DNA from: Candidatus Gottesmanbacteria bacterium
Lineage (GTDB): Bacteria; Patescibacteriota; Microgenomatia; UBA10105; UBA927
Direction: 5' to 3'
Assembly (NCBI GenBank): GCA_023245335.1
Contig: JAHFKK010000001.1
Coordinates: 1,098,053-1,162,052 of the forward strand
DNA: 64,000 nucleotides
Each line of letters opens with the position of its first letter. Position 1 is the stretch's first letter. A program made the translations under genes and the position numbers. Positions 9,058 through 18,458 of the stretch are shown here, in pieces. The notes beneath the pieces are model-generated. The model had not been told where the DNA came from, did no database searches, and saw nothing but the letters and a program-made list of their open reading frames with translations.

Positions 9058-9258
9058 ATGGCACTAGGTGATGAATGGCCCGATTTACTCACTGTCCGCG
9101 AGGTAGCAAAAATACTGCGGGTCTCCCCGCTTACGATCAAACGGTGGGGTAAACGCGGCAAGTTGCCCGCTATCCGCATCAACTCAAGAGGCGACAGACG
9201 GTACAAAAAAGAAGCAGTACTTTGGCTTCTGGGACAACAGCAAAAGGGGTCAGTTTAG
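9058..9258 (+). CDS. BldC/excisionase-like (MerR-type HTH_17) DNA-binding protein
   Basis: LLTVREVAKILRVSPLTIKRWGKRGKLPAIRINSRGDRRY; start may lie further upstream (8983). Confidence 0.9.
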   Translation: MALGDEWPDLLTVREVAKILRVSPLTIKRWGKRGKLPAIRINSRGDRRYKKEAVLWLLGQQQKGSV

Positions 9259-9297
9259 CCTTTCTGTACGGCCCGTAGTATAATAGTCATCCTAAAT

Positions 9298-9329
9298 AAA
9301 GCTCATGAGCAATCATGAGCTTTTTTCTT
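9298..9329 (+). terminator. Rho-independent terminator
   Basis: AAAGCTCATGA-gcaa-TCATGAGCTTTTTT. Confidence 0.75.
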
Positions 9330-9330
9330 T

Positions 9331-9762
9331 ATGAAATCCTACGAAATACAAGAGGCAATGGGGAAACTAGCGGTAAATCAATATGTTCCGCTACGGTCTG
9401 TCTTTCCGGACAAAAAAGATTGGGCCCGTGGGAACGCGGTAATCCATCAGATGGAGTGCGCCGATAATGACGGGAAAATAAGTGGGAAAAACACCCGTCT
9501 CGTACACCGAAAATTCGGAGCCGGCCAATCCTGTATAGATTCAGACTGTCACTTCACACAAAGCGGATCAGAAGGCTGTGTATTACAAAATCCGGCGGTA
9601 CGACGCAAATTTCTCAGAGAAAGAATGAAAAACCAAGCGGAAACAAAAAGTGCGTCTATACCATCTCCCGAAGTACCCGAGCAGCCTCGGTCGGGTCAAC
9701 GACATTCACGTTTAGCCCCGTCCCCAATTCAAATCCCGCTCGATGGACAAAGCGCGGCGTGA
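9331..9762 (+). CDS. Hypothetical protein with a Cys/His cluster
   Basis: 143-aa ATG ORF; its 3' end overlaps the convergent galT-like gene by ~107 bp. Confidence 0.45.
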   Translation: MKSYEIQEAMGKLAVNQYVPLRSVFPDKKDWARGNAVIHQMECADNDGKISGKNTRLVHRKFGAGQSCIDSDCHFTQSGSEGCVLQNPAVRRKFLRERMKNQAETKSASIPSPEVPEQPRSGQRHSRLAPSPIQIPLDGQSAA

Positions 9763-10507
9763 TACGGATAAACCAGTTCGTCCAGTGATAAATGTAATAG
9801 TTATAGACAAATACGCCCTGTTCGTGGACCGAATGAAGATATCCTTTCTCCTGAGCCGACCGGATGCGCTTGAGCGCATCCCGCAGAACATCTGCTAAAT
9901 CCGCAAGTTCACTATCCGGCACGCTTCCGAATTTACCACCGCCTTCTTGCTTGGGCGCTATCCACACCTCAAACGGCCATTGGGAAAAATCCGGACAGTA
10001 CGTGACAAAATAATTATTTTCCTTGACGACGTTGGCGACCGGTTCACGCTCGACTGCATCCAGATTGATCTGCTTAGGAATAACGACCAGCTGAGCATGC
10101 GGATGTTTGAGGCTCGCGCCAGCCGCAAATCCGTGATTACTGAATATAAGCACCTGCCCATCGTCTTCGTGCGCTCGATACCGGTCGCGGTAGGCAGTCA
10201 GGATGCGCGTCACCTGATCGCTCGGCAAGTCTTCTATGTCCCGACTGTCATCTGTACTGTGGATGATCACTTCATGGATATCGGTAATGGGATACAGGTT
10301 TGGTACGACTCGCACCTGCCAACCCGGCTTATCCTTCTCTCCCGGCCCAATACGGTAAATCTCCGGTGGAGTCTGGGATTCATTGCCTTCACAAAACGGG
10401 CACACTTTCACGGTGGGCTTCGGTGCACTTTGGTCCGGACGGGACTTCCGACCCGGTGCGATTATGACCCACCGCTCTGTTTTGATGTCCGGAACGTATT
10501 TGGCCAT
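9656..10507 (-). CDS. galT: GalT-like HIT-superfamily sugar-1-phosphate nucleotidyltransferase
   Basis: WVIIAPGRKSRP, CPFCEGNE, VRVVPNLYP, NHG..AGASLKHPHAQ and AGFELGTG motifs. Confidence 0.9.
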   Translation of the reverse strand: MAKYVPDIKTERWVIIAPGRKSRPDQSAPKPTVKVCPFCEGNESQTPPEIYRIGPGEKDKPGWQVRVVPNLYPITDIHEVIIHSTDDSRDIEDLPSDQVTRILTAYRDRYRAHEDDGQVLIFSNHGFAAGASLKHPHAQLVVIPKQINLDAVEREPVANVVKENNYFVTYCPDFSQWPFEVWIAPKQEGGGKFGSVPDSELADLADVLRDALKRIRSAQEKGYLHSVHEQGVFVYNYYIYHWTNWFIRITPRFVHRAGFELGTGLNVNVVDPTEAARVLREMV

Positions 10508-10515
10508 AGCTTTAG

Positions 10516-10543
10516 TATCACGTATCAGGTGTCAGGTATCAAG
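10516..10543. repeat. Heptamer tandem repeat (4 units)
   Basis: tatcacg tatcagg tgtcagg tatcaag, overlapping the galT promoter region. Confidence 0.7.
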
Positions 10544-10553
10544 AAGAGGATAA

Positions 10554-11549
10554 TCAGGTTAAACGGCGAAACTTCTGAAGTAAGGCATTTACTTCTGTCT
10601 TTTTTTCTTCCGTCACCGGTACTTCCACAATCCCCTGTGTCACCGGACCGCAAGCCCACGCAGGAATCGAAGGCTGGCCATAATAAACCACAGATCCTAC
10701 CGGCGCTTCGGCAACTGCCGGAAGCGCGAGTAAATCCTCTTCACCGCTGACTTCCACAACGACCGACCTACCCGCATGAAACGCTTCCCGTATAGCCTCT
10801 ACCGCTTCATTGCTGATATACCCGGGCCCGCTTTTGACTTTCCGGATTGGCACTCCCATGTCCCTGAAGACCGGTTTGAGCAAAGCGTAGGCTTTCCGTT
10901 CTACCTTGTGATCGATGATCATGAGCCCCGGCACTACTGTTCCAGCATCCAAAATGGTTTTCGTGGTGAGGTCACCAACCGTGATAACGAATCGTTCCCT
11001 GTTCCTGATAAACGACTCATCCTGAAGTTCCGCAGTGCTCAATACCGTGCCCAAAGGCTGCGACAGCTCATCGCGCATGGAATCGGGCATGGTGAGTCTG
11101 CCCGTGACGTCCACTTCCCCACGGCGCACACGGCTTGAGGAAATCGCTTTGCCGTCTTCTGCTTTCTGAATCGGCACGACGATAAGAGTAAGCGGCTTAC
11201 ATCCCCCGCTCACTCGCATTCGATTGAGTTCCTCTCCCCGGCCCTTAGTTTCCTCCGACACGACAAGGCTATCTACCTCTTGGGACGAAGCAGCTGGCTC
11301 AAACGGATCATCAATGGAGACTATGGTCACCCGTTTCTGCCATTTCCTGGCCGCTATCCAGGCAGTAAGCGCCTTGAAACGGATGCTGTACGGCAACGCA
11401 TGACCTGACTTATATGCACGAACGTACGCGTCCGACGTCAATCCTATCATGACCCTGTCCCCAGCTTCAAAAGCCTTCAGGAGTATCGCCTCGTGCCCTG
11501 CGTGAATGCCGTCAAACGTGCCTGCAACGCAGACTACCTTATAACTCAT
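10554..11549 (-). CDS. coaD: Fusion of archaeal/eukaryote-type phosphopantetheine adenylyltransferase and DUF359 GTP-dependent dephospho-CoA kinase
   Basis: GTFDGIHAGH, GLTSD, LVVSEET and ISSSRVR (PPAT); R..L..PLG, ITVGD, IID.KV.R, GEEDLLALP and YGQP (DUF359). Confidence 0.9.
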   Translation of the reverse strand: MSYKVVCVAGTFDGIHAGHEAILLKAFEAGDRVMIGLTSDAYVRAYKSGHALPYSIRFKALTAWIAARKWQKRVTIVSIDDPFEPAASSQEVDSLVVSEETKGRGEELNRMRVSGGCKPLTLIVVPIQKAEDGKAISSSRVRRGEVDVTGRLTMPDSMRDELSQPLGTVLSTAELQDESFIRNRERFVITVGDLTTKTILDAGTVVPGLMIIDHKVERKAYALLKPVFRDMGVPIRKVKSGPGYISNEAVEAIREAFHAGRSVVVEVSGEEDLLALPAVAEAPVGSVVYYGQPSIPAWACGPVTQGIVEVPVTEEKKTEVNALLQKFRRLT

Positions 11550-11625
11550 GGCTGTATTATATGTCGAAAATCATTGACAACGCCATTCCTCACGCCTAAT
11601 ATGTTCACTAAGCTCGTGAACTATT

Positions 11626-11916
11626 ATGACTATCAGACTCCGGGAAAGACTCATACCCCTCACACAAAGCGACATAGAGTTACTAGAGGCAGGCGCCTGG
11701 GTCCATCCAAAATCCGAAACTGTTCGTGCTCGAGAGGGTGAAGTATCAGATCGAATTCCATTTGTCATACATCTCACGCCCGAGAATCGGCTTGAAAAGA
11801 TATTTAAGGAACGATGCGGATGCCAATACACGCTAGTACTCGGAGCGCCGCAGATTACCAAACATTGCGGAAGTGGAAGAGAATGTGCATTTTCCGCACA
11901 GGCAAAATCGAAGTAG
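11626..11916 (+). CDS. Small hypothetical protein with Cys residues
   Basis: 96-aa ORF with a TTGACA-17-TAATAT promoter upstream. Confidence 0.5.
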   Translation: MTIRLRERLIPLTQSDIELLEAGAWVHPKSETVRAREGEVSDRIPFVIHLTPENRLEKIFKERCGCQYTLVLGAPQITKHCGSGRECAFSAQAKSK

Positions 11917-11998
11917 ATGAGATTACGTACGAACTATTGATACGCTCTAGCCCATAATTGACTCTCTTCAAAGTTAGTGATATAAATAACAATTGATT

Positions 11999-12334
11999 AT
12001 GCCAAAAGCCAACCTCATTGAGGGCGAATTCAAACAAAGGCATGCAAGACGGCCTGGCCTGGAAGGATGGAATAATCAAACGCCGCTTCAGCGCCTCGTA
12101 AGGAAAGATACTAATCATGGCAATGCTGGAAGCGGAGGATTTATTGGCGGCTTCATAGATTGGGAATATCTCGAACTATCTAAAGATCTTTTTCTTAAAA
12201 ATCTTCCACTTAATGTACGACAATTATTCCTTTCGGGCAAACTAACCCCATCTGAAATTCTTCGCGGCAAAACAGATAAAGGGGTATCTCTTGGCATACC
12301 CAATACGAACGAACCCCTTCATTTAGACCGATAA
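11999..12334 (+). CDS. Small hypothetical protein
   Basis: ATG ORF filling the gap before deoC. Confidence 0.5.
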   Translation: MPKANLIEGEFKQRHARRPGLEGWNNQTPLQRLVRKDTNHGNAGSGGFIGGFIDWEYLELSKDLFLKNLPLNVRQLFLSGKLTPSEILRGKTDKGVSLGIPNTNEPLHLDR

Positions 12335-12381
12335 ATCTCGTAAATTTTTTTTCATTTTGAACCTGTTATACTGTCTCTTAT

Positions 12382-13083
12382 ATGGATTCTCTTGCCCAAG
12401 TCCTCGACTTTGCTAATCACAATGCTAATGCAACCCCGGACGACATAAAAAAACTTGTTGCTGATGTCGTCAAATACGGATTCCACGCGGTCTTCGTCAA
12501 CCCTACCTATGTCACGCTCGCCAAAGAACTTGTGGCCGGCAAAGCACCGGTCGGTACGGTCGTCTCCTTTCCTCTCGGCGGCGACACCAAGGCGCTCAAA
12601 ATGGCAGCCGCCAATAACGCGGTGTCCCAGGGGGCGGATGAACTGGATGTGGTCCCGAACATCGGGCTCTACCTTGCGGGCGACACGAATGGATTCATGG
12701 GAGAAATGCAGGAAGTCGTCGAAAGCGCTCATATGACGGGTGCTCCTGTCATCGTCAAATTCATCCTGGATGCCGGATATTTTGATCACGAAAAAGACCC
12801 CAAAGGGAGTCTCATGCGGGCCGCGGAGATCATCCGGGCCGCGGGCGCTGACTTTGTGAAAATCGGCTCCGGTATGGGACCCCGGAATCCGACCTTAGAC
12901 GATCTTGCGGCGGTCAAAGAAGCAGTCGGCGGGACGATAAAGATAAAAGTTGCAGGCGGAGTCACGGACCGGAAAACGGCAGAAGCATTTATCGCGGCCG
13001 GCGCCAACCGCATCGGCACGTCGCACGCGATAGATATCATCAGCGGAACACTGTCTAAAAAAACTTCTGCTGCGGCGGAATGA
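12382..13083 (+). CDS. deoC: Deoxyribose-phosphate aldolase
   Basis: VVSFPLGG, GADELDVV, VKFIL, GADFVK, IKVAGGV and GANRIGTS motifs. Confidence 0.95.
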   Translation: MDSLAQVLDFANHNANATPDDIKKLVADVVKYGFHAVFVNPTYVTLAKELVAGKAPVGTVVSFPLGGDTKALKMAAANNAVSQGADELDVVPNIGLYLAGDTNGFMGEMQEVVESAHMTGAPVIVKFILDAGYFDHEKDPKGSLMRAAEIIRAAGADFVKIGSGMGPRNPTLDDLAAVKEAVGGTIKIKVAGGVTDRKTAEAFIAAGANRIGTSHAIDIISGTLSKKTSAAAE

Positions 13084-13084
13084 C

Positions 13085-13339
13085 TTACCGTTCGGGGTTT
13101 GAACGGGCTTCAACTTCTTGAGTGAAATATCCTATCTTTGGCAAACGAAGGCGCGGAAATAGTAGATACCATCGCTCGTTGTACGTTCGTGCGGCTTTGC
13201 GTATCATCGGCTCAATCGAGGAATCCTACGGTTTAGTTCGTCCGTCCCGATACATCCCGGCTTGCTGCATCACTCTCTCGCGATACATTGCTTCTTGCGG
13301 TTCTGGCTTGACACCTCGAGTTAAAAAGGGAATATTCAT
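13085..13339 (-). pseudogene. 84-codon ORF interrupted by a single in-frame TAG (13226-13228)
   Basis: Manual translation MNIPFLTRGVKPEPQEAMYRERVMQQAGMYRDGRTKP*DSSIEPMIRK...SNPER*; fills the gap exactly. Confidence 0.45.
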
Positions 13340-13342
13340 GGC

Positions 13343-13636
13343 TTAACTTCGCAACTTTCTCAACGTTCTTCCTGCCTCTGAGAACCAACGAATAAGAGCC
13401 GGCCGATGAGGCCGTCCTGACAGTATTTCCAGACGTGGCGTGAAGTGGGGTCCAACACCCGTAACATTAACTCCTGCGTCGGTACCCACTCGGCTTCTTA
13501 CAGGTTCTACTTTTATTTTCGTATACACACCACCTCTTCGTATGCCCCACAGTGCGCGTTTTTGATCCACGTCAGGAGGAATTTGTGCTATGAATGTCCG
13601 GGGCTGAGTTTCATTTTTATGTCCAAATAAGTTCAT
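13343..13636 (-). CDS. Small hypothetical protein
   Basis: 97-aa ATG ORF, GAGG upstream. Confidence 0.55.
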   Translation of the reverse strand: MNLFGHKNETQPRTFIAQIPPDVDQKRALWGIRRGGVYTKIKVEPVRSRVGTDAGVNVTGVGPHFTPRLEILSGRPHRPALIRWFSEAGRTLRKLRS

Positions 13637-13718
13637 ATTATGCCTCTACAAATGGAATAATACCCGATTTCATCGGCTAAACGCAAATTAATTAGATAAA
13701 ACTATATGAGAGGAACTG

Positions 13719-14357
13719 CTATATATTTTTCAAAGCTTCAATACATTGGGCGACGGAAGCCGGATCTTTGAAAATGAAGTTTGTGGCGACCAACCTGGTG
13801 GCACCGGCATCGATCATGGATTTGGCCGTCTGATCGGTAATTCCGCCAACGACTTCGATCGGCAAATCGGGATAATTCTGCCGCAGAAGCTTCACTTTCT
13901 CTACCGCTTCAGGTAAAAACGGCTGGCCCGGCTCCCCTGCTTCTGCGCTCAAAATGACGACGAAGTCCACTTCCTCTATGAATGGCTCTATTTGATCAAT
14001 TTCCGTCGTACCGTCTATCGCAAATCCCACTTCAACTTCTTCAAATTTCGCGAGCTCCAAAAACCTCCTAGGGTCATTGGATTCTACGTGCGCGATGAGC
14101 CGGTTAAACCCCGCATCAACTAAACCCTTGATGTATTTATCGGGACTCGCGACCATGAGGTGCCCTTCAAATGAGAGATTGGGATAGCTATCTTTCAAGG
14201 CTGATAATTGTGAGAAATCCGTTATAGTGACGCCTTCCACCATAGAGCCATCCAGTAGGTCCACATGGATCCATTTGGTATAGGGTGCGGCTAGCGCGAC
14301 CTTCTGGACAAACCCTGCCCAGTCTTTCTCAAAAATACCCGGTATGACGTCTATCAT
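13719..14357 (-). CDS. rpe: Ribulose-phosphate 3-epimerase
   Basis: IHVDLLDG, EGHLMV, AHVE and EVVGGI motifs; lies in the PPP cluster. Confidence 0.92.
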   Translation of the reverse strand: MIDVIPGIFEKDWAGFVQKVALAAPYTKWIHVDLLDGSMVEGVTITDFSQLSALKDSYPNLSFEGHLMVASPDKYIKGLVDAGFNRLIAHVESNDPRRFLELAKFEEVEVGFAIDGTTEIDQIEPFIEEVDFVVILSAEAGEPGQPFLPEAVEKVKLLRQNYPDLPIEVVGGITDQTAKSMIDAGATRLVATNFIFKDPASVAQCIEALKNI

Positions 14358-14367
14358 ATAAATTATT

Positions 14368-14814
14368 TTATTTCTCCCGTGCGGCAATTTTTGCCAATCG
14401 CCGTTTGAACCGCGGTTCATGAGCGGCAAACGGGGTTGTCAAAAATGCCTGTACCCACGTCTTCGCTTCTTTCAAATCCGTGTAATCCGAAGCAATCGCC
14501 AAAACATTTGCATTATCGTGTTTTCTGTTATGAACGACATCAGGTACTCCTATTGCCGTCACGCAGCGGATACCTCGCACTTTGTTCGCGGCGATCATGA
14601 CTCCTCCCGACGACCCGCATAAGACTATTCCATAACTTCCCGGATTAGCTGCCACATGATCTGCTACTGCAAAGCTCATATCCGGAAAATCATCATCTGG
14701 GACATACGAAAACGCACCGCAATCCTCAACGTCATATTTCTCCGACACTAACCACGCCTTAAGCTCTTCCTTCAGCGCAAAGCCCCGATGATCTCCTCCG
14801 ATATACAGTTTCAT
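14368..14814 (-). CDS. rpiB: Ribose-5-phosphate isomerase B
   Basis: IGGDHRGFALK, GIVLCGS, AANKVRGIRC and HDNANVL motifs. Confidence 0.96.
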   Translation of the reverse strand: MKLYIGGDHRGFALKEELKAWLVSEKYDVEDCGAFSYVPDDDFPDMSFAVADHVAANPGSYGIVLCGSSGGVMIAANKVRGIRCVTAIGVPDVVHNRKHDNANVLAIASDYTDLKEAKTWVQAFLTTPFAAHEPRFKRRLAKIAAREK

Positions 14815-14832
14815 CTTCGTTATGATACTAGC

Positions 14833-15567
14833 CTACTTGGTGAGCGGACAATCTGTAAAGAGGGTAACGTCATTCATGTCGAGAATTATCCGGGCCGGTA
14901 CAACGTGAACCGGAATCGAGGGATCCATCGCACGTTGAAGCATGACGGTTTTTTCCTGCCCAGAGACGTACCAGATACTCGCGGTTATGAGACCCGCAAA
15001 CGGAACAGTGGTCGTCACCCGCAGGGGATACTGATTTTTGTCGCCTGCATCGTAACCTACCACCCAATGATCCGTATGGACAAACATTCGATCAAAGGCA
15101 AGAGGATCCTCCGCATACGGTATCATGCCGAATGTATGTCCGTCGGGCCCCATGCCCACCGTTGCGATGATTTTGCCGTCCGGAAACTGTATTTTCCACT
15201 TCCTAAGTTCATGCTCAAATTTCGCGGCAAGCTTGGTGGGTGTCTCGCCGGCTGACGCCGTGGTATTGATAGAACGGGCTCCCCGCCCTATCGCTTTTTT
15301 CATAACCGGATGCATAAGAACTTTGAGATAATTACTCGCCGCCGGATCAGAAGAACAGCGCTCGTCGAGGACCGTAAACGTCACACAGGAAGAAAATACG
15401 TTTGGACGTAATGAGTCCAAAATTTTTAGAGCTGAACCGCCAGAAAACAATAATAGAATTGGGCCGTCCGCGTCCTCTAAGACTCTGGATAATGTATTTC
15501 CTGCCTGTATTGCCGCTTTCGCAGCGTTTCCAGATGTAACCACTGTCACGGGAGAGATGTCTGTCAT
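14833..15567 (-). CDS. pgl: 6-phosphogluconolactonase
   Basis: LFSGGSA, DER, SNY, GMGPDGHT and RVT motifs; lies between gnd and rpiB. Confidence 0.85.
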   Translation of the reverse strand: MTDISPVTVVTSGNAAKAAIQAGNTLSRVLEDADGPILLLFSGGSALKILDSLRPNVFSSCVTFTVLDERCSSDPAASNYLKVLMHPVMKKAIGRGARSINTTASAGETPTKLAAKFEHELRKWKIQFPDGKIIATVGMGPDGHTFGMIPYAEDPLAFDRMFVHTDHWVVGYDAGDKNQYPLRVTTTVPFAGLITASIWYVSGQEKTVMLQRAMDPSIPVHVVPARIILDMNDVTLFTDCPLTK

Positions 15568-15579
15568 ACGCTTGTCCGG

Positions 15580-16497
15580 CTATTTTTGGGTAACCTTATG
15601 TCCGCCGAATGCATTCCGTATCGCGGCAAGAAGTTTAGCGGTAAACGATTGTTGGATAATTTGATCTGTCTGACTTCGGACACGATATGCAAGCGATGCC
15701 TCTATGATGGGCACCGGTACGTTTTCAACTTTGGCCTGTTCTACCGTCCAACGCGCCTCCCCAGTCTCGGCAACCTGACCCACGACGTCATCAAGTTTTT
15801 GGTCCCGGGACAAGACGTCATCGGCGCGATCCAAAAGAAATCCTGAAACTAAGGTCCCCTTTTGCCACAAGTTGGATACCGCGGCTAAATCAAATGTATA
15901 TGGTGCATGTTTCAAGACATCGAACCCTTCCGCCAACGATTGCATGATCCCGTACTCTATGCCGTTATGGACCATTTTGACGAAGTGACCAGCTCCCCCG
16001 GCCCCAAAATATGTGTGACCCCCGTTTGGCAATGCAAGCGTATCGAGCATGGGTTTAACTGCTTCGTATGCCAAACGGTCACCGCCGACCATAAGAGGAT
16101 ATCCCTGACGCTCGGCGACTATCCCTCCGGATACCCCGATCCCCAAAAACCGCACGCTTTTCGCCGCACATGCTTCTGCATGGCGGTCGGAATCACTGAA
16201 ACGGCTATTCGCCGCGTCTATAAGGATATCTTCAGAAGATAAAGCCGGAACAACCGCCCCAAACATTTCATTCGTGGCCGATCCAGCCGGCAACATAACC
16301 CACACGATGCGTGGCGAGGGTAACGCCGTAAGGAGCGCCGTCACTTCATTATGCGCCGTTATCGTTTTCTGCTTCGTCACTAAAGCTTCAGCAACCTCCG
16401 GCGTTCTGTTCCACACATGCACCGTGTGTCCGCCTGCCGCAAGCTTAGCCGCTATGCGTGATCCCATTTTCCCCAAGCCGATAACGCCGATCGTCAT
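15580..16497 (-). CDS. gnd: 6-phosphogluconate dehydrogenase (short decarboxylating type)
   Basis: IGLGKMG, VSGG, GAGHFVKMVHNGIEYG and RNAFGGH motifs. Confidence 0.96.
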   Translation of the reverse strand: MTIGVIGLGKMGSRIAAKLAAGGHTVHVWNRTPEVAEALVTKQKTITAHNEVTALLTALPSPRIVWVMLPAGSATNEMFGAVVPALSSEDILIDAANSRFSDSDRHAEACAAKSVRFLGIGVSGGIVAERQGYPLMVGGDRLAYEAVKPMLDTLALPNGGHTYFGAGGAGHFVKMVHNGIEYGIMQSLAEGFDVLKHAPYTFDLAAVSNLWQKGTLVSGFLLDRADDVLSRDQKLDDVVGQVAETGEARWTVEQAKVENVPVPIIEASLAYRVRSQTDQIIQQSFTAKLLAAIRNAFGGHKVTQK

Positions 16498-16539
16498 AGA
16501 AAAAGTGTAGTCGCTCACGCACATAGACGCAAGCGTACT

Positions 16540-18006
16540 TTACCTGTCGTGCAAGTACCAAGAACGTTCATCCGTACTCAAAAGCCCGTCTGATGCATTG
16601 GGCCCCATGGTATGTGCTTCATACGGGAAAAGCGGCGGCTGACGACTTGTCCAGCCTTCAAAAATTTGCGTGCTGAAACGCCAGCTTAGATTGACTTCAC
16701 GGGTATCTGCAAATAGCGTCTGGTCTCCCCGCAGTGCGTCCAATATGAGCCGTTCATATGCCGCTTTCCTGCTTCTTCCTGGTTTTTGCATCTCTTCCAT
16801 GGCAAGTGTCTCAAGATCGAGTCCTGCTCCCGGTTTTTTACCCATGAGACGAAGCCCCACGCCGTGATCCGGGGAAATCCGTATCGCGAGAACGTTGCGC
16901 ATAACTTGAGGTTCGGGGAAGAGACAGACTGGCCCGACACATACCGCCGGCTTTTTGTAATGAAGGGAAATTTCTGCGACCGAGTTCTCCATGGATTTAC
17001 CGGTCCGAAGATAAAACGGCACCCCGTGCCATCGCGGCGTATTGAGAGAAACCTTGAGAGCCACAAACGTTTCTGTCTGGCTGTCCCGCGCGACATTCGG
17101 TTCTGACGTATACCCTTTATATTGACCCCGTACAACATTGGTGGGGACATCGTTCACACCGATCGGATTAAGAGCCATGAGCGCCTGGATACGAGCTTCC
17201 CGCAAATGCATCGAATCGAAACTAACGGGCTGTTCCATGGCGACAAATGCGAGCATCTGCAACATATGATTTTGTACGACATCCCGGAGCGCCCCCACAC
17301 CATCATAGAACGCACCGCGCGATCCTACGCCGTCTTTTTCGAGGAGTTGGATCTGTACGTGATCGATAAACTCATTGTTCCATGTCGGTTCCACGATGCC
17401 GTTTGCAAACCGCAACGCAAGTATATTCTGTACGGTTTGTTTCCCCAAATAGTGATCGATCCTATAGATCTGTTCTTCTGCAAACAGCGACGACACGACA
17501 TTTTCTAGGTGTTCGCTGGTTGCCAAGTCCCGCCCGAACGGCTTTTCGATAAGAAGCCGCGCCTGAGATTGGGTCGGGCCCGTCCGTTTGCCGACGAGTG
17601 CAGCATCTTTGAGATTCGTCAGAATGGTTTCATAATGAACGGGAGGGACGGCAAGATAGAAATAGTGTGTTGATTTGCCGCCGCGCACGGCTTCCTGTTC
17701 CTTGAGTATAGATTTCACCCGCGTATAGAGCTCTGGGTCTTCAAACATCCCGCTTTCGTAGCGCGTATGACGCATGAGGCTATCCCAAATAGACGTGGTG
17801 AATGCAGAACCGACACTTTGTATAACGGCGTCTTTGACGAATTTCTCGTACGCGGTCTCATCCATCTTCCGCCTGCCGACACACACGATAAACGGCAAAT
17901 CAAGGAGCTGCCCTTCCGCGACAAGCCAATACAACGCGGGCCAGAGTTTGTGTTGGGCAAGATCCCCGGTCGCTCCGAAAAGCACGAACGAGTTATACAT
18001 GGACAT
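16540..18006 (-). CDS. zwf: Glucose-6-phosphate 1-dehydrogenase
   Basis: FGATGDLA, EKPFG, RIDHYLGK, RDVVQNH and GVPFYLRTGK motifs. Confidence 0.98.
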   Translation of the reverse strand: MSMYNSFVLFGATGDLAQHKLWPALYWLVAEGQLLDLPFIVCVGRRKMDETAYEKFVKDAVIQSVGSAFTTSIWDSLMRHTRYESGMFEDPELYTRVKSILKEQEAVRGGKSTHYFYLAVPPVHYETILTNLKDAALVGKRTGPTQSQARLLIEKPFGRDLATSEHLENVVSSLFAEEQIYRIDHYLGKQTVQNILALRFANGIVEPTWNNEFIDHVQIQLLEKDGVGSRGAFYDGVGALRDVVQNHMLQMLAFVAMEQPVSFDSMHLREARIQALMALNPIGVNDVPTNVVRGQYKGYTSEPNVARDSQTETFVALKVSLNTPRWHGVPFYLRTGKSMENSVAEISLHYKKPAVCVGPVCLFPEPQVMRNVLAIRISPDHGVGLRLMGKKPGAGLDLETLAMEEMQKPGRSRKAAYERLILDALRGDQTLFADTREVNLSWRFSTQIFEGWTSRQPPLFPYEAHTMGPNASDGLLSTDERSWYLHDR

Positions 18007-18059
18007 AGTATAGAGAATACAGACGGGAAGTGCCAGTAAAATGAGTATAGAAGACGCTA

Positions 18060-18398
18060 TTATCTCGCCCGCTGAAGATCTTCGGTCAGTTGCGCGTATT
18101 TATCGTCCATTGATTTAAACACTTCATCCGTCACCAACCCCCGGCCCCATGCGACGGCAAGGTGCGTGCGTACGACCGCAACCATTCCTATAGCATCAAG
18201 GAGTACCTGACGGCCAAACCGCCGATCTGCCCGGGACAGGCCATCAGCAATCTTCGAAGCGACTGCTGTTGCCGAAGCGATACAATCTTCGACTATTTCC
18301 TCATCTGTACTTCCCCGCAGCCCGTCAAACGTATCATGGACTTCCATAAGGACGACAAATGCGTCCTGCCAGAGTTTTTGATCATGAAAATTTTGCAT
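18060..18398 (-). CDS. Four-helix-bundle protein (23S rRNA IVS/S23-like family)
   Basis: F.D.KLWQDA N-terminus, SA.AVASKIADG.SR, A.G...VRTHL.VA...G; TTGACC-17-TACTAT promoter. Confidence 0.8.
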   Translation of the reverse strand: MQNFHDQKLWQDAFVVLMEVHDTFDGLRGSTDEEIVEDCIASATAVASKIADGLSRADRRFGRQVLLDAIGMVAVVRTHLAVAWGRGLVTDEVFKSMDDKYAQLTEDLQRAR

Positions 18399-18458
18399 AT
18401 GGTACGTATAGTACCTTGTGAGGCCAGTCAGGTCAATGAAGAGAAGAATTTACTATAG

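Noticed and set aside
18060-18398. Avd of a diversity-generating retroelement
   Set aside because: The fold family is related, but no reverse transcriptase or TR/VR pair differing at adenines was seen
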